Source: the human T2T-CHM13v2.0 reference genome, Homo sapiens
Assembly: GCF_009914755.1 (NCBI RefSeq)
Contig: NC_060927.1
DNA: 64,000 nt
Direction: 5' to 3' (one strand)
This document shows positions 56,851 through 64,000 of this stretch, in pieces. The translations under genes and the position numbers were made by a program. A model generated the notes under the pieces. The model made no database searches and was not told the origin of the DNA. It saw only the letters and a list, made by a program, of their open reading frames with translations. Every line of letters starts with the position of its first letter. Position 1 is the first letter of the stretch.

Positions 56851-57803
56851 TTTTTTTCATAAGTTTTATATGTAATGGTCCCTTACTACAAAATACTTCA
56901 GGATATTTTCTATAAGAATTTTTTTAAAGAACCACAGTGTAATTATAACTTCATAAACTTACATTGATATGATACTTTTATCTGTTGTCTATATTCCAGC
57001 TTTTGTCGCTTGGTCTATAAATAATGCCTGTTATATTTTGAAAAATTGGGCAGTTTTCACCCCTTCCCGCGCAGGAGCTAGTCTAGGGTCATACAGTACC
57101 TTTAGTTGTCATGTCTCTTTAGCCTTCTTTAATTTGGAACAATTCCACAATATTTCTTATACTTTTATGACACTGATATTTTTGAAGAACACAAAGTAAG
57201 TCACATGCACACACACCTTTAACCTTTTTAAAAATTTTCAATAGAACATTCCTTATTTTGGTTGGTTACTTCCTCATGATTTAAGTTGAGGTTCAGTTGC
57301 AACTTTTGAGGACATAAATGGTTTTATTTTATTGAAGAGAGCTATTTGTTCGGTGCATTGGTAAGTGAGGAAGTGAGATTGTGATTTTTCTTAAGACAGT
57401 CCAGAGTTGAGATAATTGAGGTTCCTGCCAAGGTAAGTGTGGAAAGTGCCTTCTGTTAACAGCTGGTATGATCATTTTTATTCATTTGTTTGTTCATTCA
57501 TTCATTTGCTTACTTAGTTACTTATATGTATTTACTCGTAAGAAGTGATAAGATCTTTTAGAATTTTATTAGTAAGTTAACCATGCCATTTTCGAGATCT
57601 AAGATGGCATCATTAAAAAGAACCTGATTTTCTAGTCCCAAACAAATAATAATATCAAATAAGAAAGTTTATTTCTGGTTTATGGTGGAATCTGACATAA
57701 TAGTTCATGAATTATTGTCAGTACATTACTGGACACCCAAATTCCAAATCTCGTTTGCTTTTGAAACTGGAATTAGCAACTAATGAATGCTTTTTCTTTA
57801 CAG

Positions 57804-57863
57804 TGGAGAAGAATTAGAATGTAACCTGAAAGATCTTAGACCAGCAACAGATTATCATGTGAG
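57804..57863 (+). CDS. FNDC3B: FNDC3B coding exon (canonical exon 9, 60 nt), SGEELECNLKDLRPATDYHVR
   Basis: tctttacag acceptor, GAG|gtgagt donor and the FN3 L-P-T-Y motif (LRPATDY). Phase 2-2. Confidence 0.95.
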
Positions 57864-60659
57864 GTGAGTTAGGATATAAGAGCCAAACTGTATTGGAGAA
57901 TCCAGGTGGCTAAAGCAAAAACATGTACTCCCTTTTAAGTTTTTGGTGAATGTTGCTTACCTTGCTGAAAGTTGTAGAACCATGGCTTATGGGCCATTCA
58001 TTGACTCTCAGGAGCATCGTAACTGGGAAGACACAGAAGCGCTTCTGTGAACAGAAAAGTAGGTGTTAAACACTGAAAATCATTTTAAACATTTTAAAAG
58101 TAATTTTACATGGTCTTCTAAGATCTATTGGACTATGGTTTAACAGTTTCTTTCTGTAAAACAAATGAAACTTTTGTCACCATGGGCATATCATTGTTTC
58201 TTATAGACCATCATATAAACTGTTTATTCAGACCAAATGACTGAAGAAGCCCTTTCCATGTTGCAAGCACACCGTTAGACCTTAAAAGCTGGTAGATTTT
58301 GAAAAAGACAAGTAATACAAGCATCAAATTATCTCTGATGAGAATTAACTCAATTTGGCTAAACAGTTAACCCATGTGGCATAGTATGTAGCCTGAAATC
58401 TCTCCTGTGATTTTCTGGAATCTCTACTGTGACTACTCTGGAAGGTAGGGCTAGCTTATTTTAGGAAGAAACCCAGCCAACCACAGATCTGTAAGGAGGA
58501 AAGTGTTATCTGAATTTTTTAGAGAGACCATCTGATTATTTAAAGATACATCCATCTATTTATTTGCCAATAAGCAGGTCTGAATATGACCCATAACACT
58601 AAAAAAACTTTTTTTTAATCTTTATTTTATCTAATATTTAAGTTCCCCAGAAAATATAGTTTTATTTAACTGGATGTACAACAACACATTGTTTCCCTTT
58701 TTTTTTTCAATTATATATGCATACATAAAGATTGCAGAATAAAATTGTAAGCATGAAATATACATCTATTACTATACTTTCCAAAGGTTAATTTACATCA
58801 TGAGTTTCTTTGTGATTTCGGGATGAGGTTGGAGGCAAGGTAGCCTAGTAGGAAGAGCGTATATGAATTACCAGGAGGCTTGAGTGTGAGTCTGGTTCTG
58901 CCCTGAACGGGCTGTTTTAACTTTGGTCAATTCACATAGAACGCTCTGCCATGATTTTCTCAGTTAAAAAAAAGGTAGTAAAGCAAGGATGTGCGTTGAG
59001 GATGTAATATCTTATTAGCTGCATAAGTTCTTAAAAATAAGTTTAAAGTAATGTATATCAGAGTAAGTTGTTTTGTTTTAAGGCATAAAGTGCACATCTG
59101 CTCAGCTATCATATTGTTTAGATGAGCTCTCTTGCAACCATCTCCTCCTGTTTAAATCAAAACTTTGGATTTTGAGTCAATTAGCTTCCGCCCAAACGTA
59201 TTGAGCTTTTCACACACTCTGTACAAGAAGATCTGTGTAATTTGTGAAGCTAAGATGATAATAGAAATGGTTTAACCATTATTCAAAATGGTCAATTTAA
59301 CAACAAACCAGAAAATGTAAAACCAGAAAATGTAAAAGTCATGTAAATGTTATCTATTATTCATTGTTAACATATGTTTCTTTCTGCTCCATGCTTTAAC
59401 AGTTTATTGTTCCTGTGGTTAGTAAAGGTTTACTTTATTAATTTCCTGCTCATTCATGAGCTTACAATATCCTTTTTAAGAAACTTAAATGTTATGAAGA
59501 GTCTTCTCTTTATTTACCATCCTGTCTGTTGTTCCATTTATTTTTTTTTTTAAACCCTTATTACAAAGGGTAAATTTGAGAACACTTGCTCATCAGCTAT
59601 TTTTACCGACAAAACCTATGAACATCTTGAACTTCTGGGCAGATAGAATAGTTAATGGATTCCCCAAAAGGAACAGGATGGGAGCATGACGTGGTTACCA
59701 TCTAGGGGCCTTGGGTCTAGACTTTCTCCTGACACATTTGGGACTCCTTGCATTTGGTATTTGACACACATGTGACACCAAACACGTACAACCTAGGGTG
59801 CCACCAACTGTTATTTGTTCTACCTCTCTGCTTTCCAGGAAGATAGGAAGTTCTCTCTCCTTGGGGATGGTCAATTTTAGTATTTTTTTAACATCCTTTC
59901 TCTCCTAATAAAAACGTCTATAGTCCAGATTTAGTCTTTGTGCACTGCCTAATGCACAGTCCATATAGATCATACGTTCTTTTTCCTTTTACAGTCTTGT
60001 CTTTTTTAGGCTAGAGAAGAATCTTAACACTTGCAACTCTTATTTAGATGTAGCTTCCTCTGCCTTGAATTGCTTCGGTGAAGCAGCATGATGCATAGTG
60101 GACATGGCTTGCAACTTGAAGTTAATGGCTCTGTCATTTACTAAGGGTGTGTACTTAAGCGAGCCATTGAAACTTCTTTGGTCTTGCTTTGTCATGTATA
60201 AAATGAGAATGATAATGATACCAGCCTCAGGAAAATAGGATGAGAGCAAATATATGTGCAAATCTATTTTAGACCTGTAAAGTCATGTATAAGTGCTACC
60301 TTTTGGTTTTCCCAAGCTCGTTGCAGTTTTTCCAAGCTGTGAAAATAAAAAGGACTTAATGATGCAAGTTCTTTGAATCTGTATATAGTTTGATCATATC
60401 ACTCACATTTTTATTGAGATGAAGATGTATTTTACTTGACACTGAAAACAAGGAGCAAAATCTCTTTTTACAGTCCAGTTAATAATCTTAGTTCTGGGAA
60501 TGTAAGCTTTTATCATGTAGAGTGGCCGCAAATATTTTAAATGTAGCAGTCACCTATAAGGCCTCAAAAGGCCGTGTGGAAATAGTTTCTTCACTAAATT
60601 TTCATAACAGCAACTACAGAAGAATTTCATTACTGGACAGCTGCAAAATAAACAATTAC

Positions 60660-60952
60660 GCTGAGTGCAGTGGCTCACACCTGTAATCTCAGCATTTTGA
60701 GAGGTCGAGAGAATGACTTGAGCCCAGGAGTTCAAGACTAGCCCAGGCAACATAATGAGACCTTGTCTCTACAAAAAATGAAAAATTAGCTGGGTATGGT
60801 GATGTATGCCCGTGGTCCCAGCTACTGAGGAGACTGAGGTGAGAGGATCGCTTGAGCAGAGGGGTTGAGGCTGTAGTGAGCCCTGATTGCAGCTGCTGCA
60901 CTCCAGCCTGGGCAACAGCAGGAGACCTTGTCTCTAAATAAATAAATAAATA
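60660..60952 (+). mobile_element. Alu (AluJ-like) with (TAAA)n tail
   Basis: Sense Alu consensus. Confidence 0.9.
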
Positions 60953-61919
60953 AGTGAATAAATTCCTTGCCATTTTTGTTTGTGCATTACCAATTTAGAA
61001 AGTGATGGAAGTCTGTAGAGCCAGTTATGAAAACTGAGATATTTCTTTTAGCAGCACAAAACAAGGTACATTTTTTCTTCCAACTCTTAATATTGCAACA
61101 TTTTGATTAAAAGTGTAAGATTTCTGTCTTAAATCATGTACTGAAGTCTCACCTAGACTTCTGTTCTTGTATTCCTTGTTACTTTTCATTTTGCTACTCT
61201 GAGTCTATCTTACTCACATTGATTGCTTGATATCTTCATATAATGCTTTTTCTCATTTTCAACTCCCCCGGCCCATGCCCGCCCCCATATTAGTATTATT
61301 GCATGAGTTCACCCATCAGACACACAAACCTTCTTCTTTTTCAATAGCAGTCTCAGTCATGAAGCCCTGTCATTTAACTGCCTGGTAGTTGCCTTCAGTT
61401 ACTAGGCCAGAACAGCTCTTTCCACCAACTCACTGTTACTGGGAATATATTGAGACTAGTGGCATCCTTTAGACAGTGCTGTAGCTCACATGCCTGTGGC
61501 TGCTCCAGTTGGCATCTGACATGCCATTTGAGCCAGATTCCACATGGAAAATTATATTCCAAGACATTTCAGGTTTACAAAATGTTTCTTCTTTTCCACT
61601 TTTACTATGAGGTTTTGTGTATCATTCTTACACGTCTGTTCAGTCACTATTCTTTTTTTCTCCTAATCTCCTAGTGGTGATTGAGGAAGATAATACCCCT
61701 CTATGATGCATACATTGATTAGCAAAATTTAGGAAGACCTTTATTAAAATCACTTTCATATTTGTTACCCTATTCTTAACACAAATAAATTTTTTTGGTT
61801 TAATGTTCATACAATATTTCAAAGGAATCCATTTGTAATTGTCAAGATTATTCAGTGCTTCTGTAAAGGGCATTGTGTTATGTATTGTATAAAGCCACTA
61901 ATAAAAAATCTCCTGTCTC

Positions 61920-62030
61920 TGTGTGTATATGTGTGAGAGAGAGAGAGAGAGAGTGTGTGTGTGTGCATGTGTGTGAGAGTGTGTGTTTGTGTGTGCCTGA
62001 GAGAGAGAGAGAGACAGAGACAGAGAGACA
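61920..62030. repeat. Compound (TG)n/(GA)n microsatellite
   Basis: Alternating TG and GA runs. Confidence 0.9.
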
Positions 62031-63604
62031 AGAGATTGTGTGGAGAAATGAGAAAAATCCAATATGTAAATAAATTGCATTATATTTTAAATACTTATAT
62101 ATATAAATATGTAATTTTACAAACATGAACATTTATACATATATACATTTATTTGTACAAATAAATATGTATACATACACAAATGTATGCTGTGTATGCA
62201 TCTGCCAGAGAAGTATATTTGTCTTTTAATTGGTAGTTCTATAATTAATAATGGCATTACAATGACCATTTTACTGCGGGAGTCAACAATTTATGTCTTT
62301 ATCAGCGATAGGATAATCAGTAATTTGAGTGATGGAATGGATAGCAATTTCATGAAAATTTTGAAGCAGTTTTCTAGTCATCCGCCTAAACAATTTGGCA
62401 AACAAGTTGCCCAGAGATGATATCATATAATGACATTTCCCAGAAAAATTGTGCAATGAAACATTTCCAAAAATATGGTTGACAAGCACAGTGAAGGATT
62501 ATAAAATACATGTTATTGACCAGAAACTGTGGCTCCTAGTATGTTACATCGTGCTAGAAAAAGTTGGAGGCATACTTCTGAAATTCTTGGAGCACCTGTT
62601 TCCTAAGCATTTAGCCAGGATTTAAGCTGAAACAAATGTGAAAACAAGATTAATTATATTGTTAGAAAAATGTTTTCTTTTCTTGGGATAAATGCAACAA
62701 AAACTGAACTGTTTGCTGACTTATTTAACCCAAGAAACTGACCGTACTCTACAGATACTCCTTTTACATGATGATATTTATGGAAAACTCATTGCCATTA
62801 TGTGGAAAAAAAAAAATTGCAGTATTCTTTTAAAATGTAGCATCATTAGCAGAGATTTTTCTTTTCTATAAAAGTTATTGGTAAAAATGTTGCTAGTCAC
62901 TATAACAGTAAGTTGCTGTCCATTTACTGAACTACTATAATTGACAGATGTAATCAAGGGGTACTTAAGTGTGGTGCCAATTTTTGTACTATATGCAGCA
63001 TACTTACATTGCCATGCAAAATGGCTGACAAAATATTATGTGTGAAAAGCATTGACCCTTAGCATAACATTGTTTAAGATTAAAGGCAAGAAAAATAGCC
63101 AACTCCATCTGGCCCATACAACTGTCTGTTTTCAACAACCTCAAATTTCTAACCTGCATCAGGTTCTTTTACTTTTATCCTCACTGCCATCCTCCCAGCC
63201 TGGCCACCAGGAGTCTCCATCACTTACGACTCTCCAGCCTAGGAAGTATGGATTGCTGCCTCCAAGAATCCCACTAAAAATGAACAAAGAATTTACTAAG
63301 ACCAAATTTACCTTTCCCCAGACAACTGACTGCATCCTGCTAGTACTTTGCAGGCTGTTTCCCTGCCTTCCTCCCTCTGCTCTATTATCCAGATGGATTT
63401 TTGGCGGTGGCTGTTTTTGGGAACATATAGGACCTGATCTGCCTGGGTATACTTCTGCATTTGTAGGCAAATGCCCAGTCATTGCAAACTGACATACTTA
63501 CTGGGTGGAGGCAGAGAACCTAAACAGCTAAACTGGGTTGGGTAAGGGTCAGCTGAAAAGCAGTCTCAGTGCTGTGGAGACAGTAAGAATGATGGGGACT
63601 CTAG

Positions 63605-63991
<387 letters not shown>

Positions 63992-64000
63992 GCCAAGTGT

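Noticed and set aside
62200-63050. AT-rich stretch that might be a decayed DNA-transposon coding remnant
   Set aside because: I could not identify transposase motifs or termini by eye. A Dfam search is needed.

Overview
This window is human (or very close hominoid) genomic DNA from the interior of FNDC3B on the + strand. It holds five coding exons (canonical exons 5-9: 6613-6856, 10340-10621, 44998-45056, 54440-54591, 57804-57863). They splice in frame from the Pro/His-rich N-terminal region into the first fibronectin type III repeat. The rest is intron filled with about 18 Alu elements, a full-length THE1-type MaLR element nested in an older MLT1 LTR, other MaLR solo LTRs, DNA-transposon MITEs and microsatellites. 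Nearly all ORFs in the supplied track are spurious, and I see no prokaryote-type system (no CRISPR, rRNA, tRNA or operon). Highlights: (1) exons 5+6 total 526 nt, the known circFNDC3B, and its 218-aa more-than-one-lap ORF can be rebuilt from the sequence; (2) an unexplained near-perfect 72-bp non-Alu inverted repeat (11478-11663) with a 16-nt tandem duplication in its loop, about 0.86 kb after the back-splice donor; (3) the haplotype encodes Ser rather than Thr at codon 179; (4) an old 188-bp tandem duplication, weak or competing splice signals and candidate enhancer motif clusters. Repeat subfamily names and some repeat boundaries were assigned by eye and are approximate.
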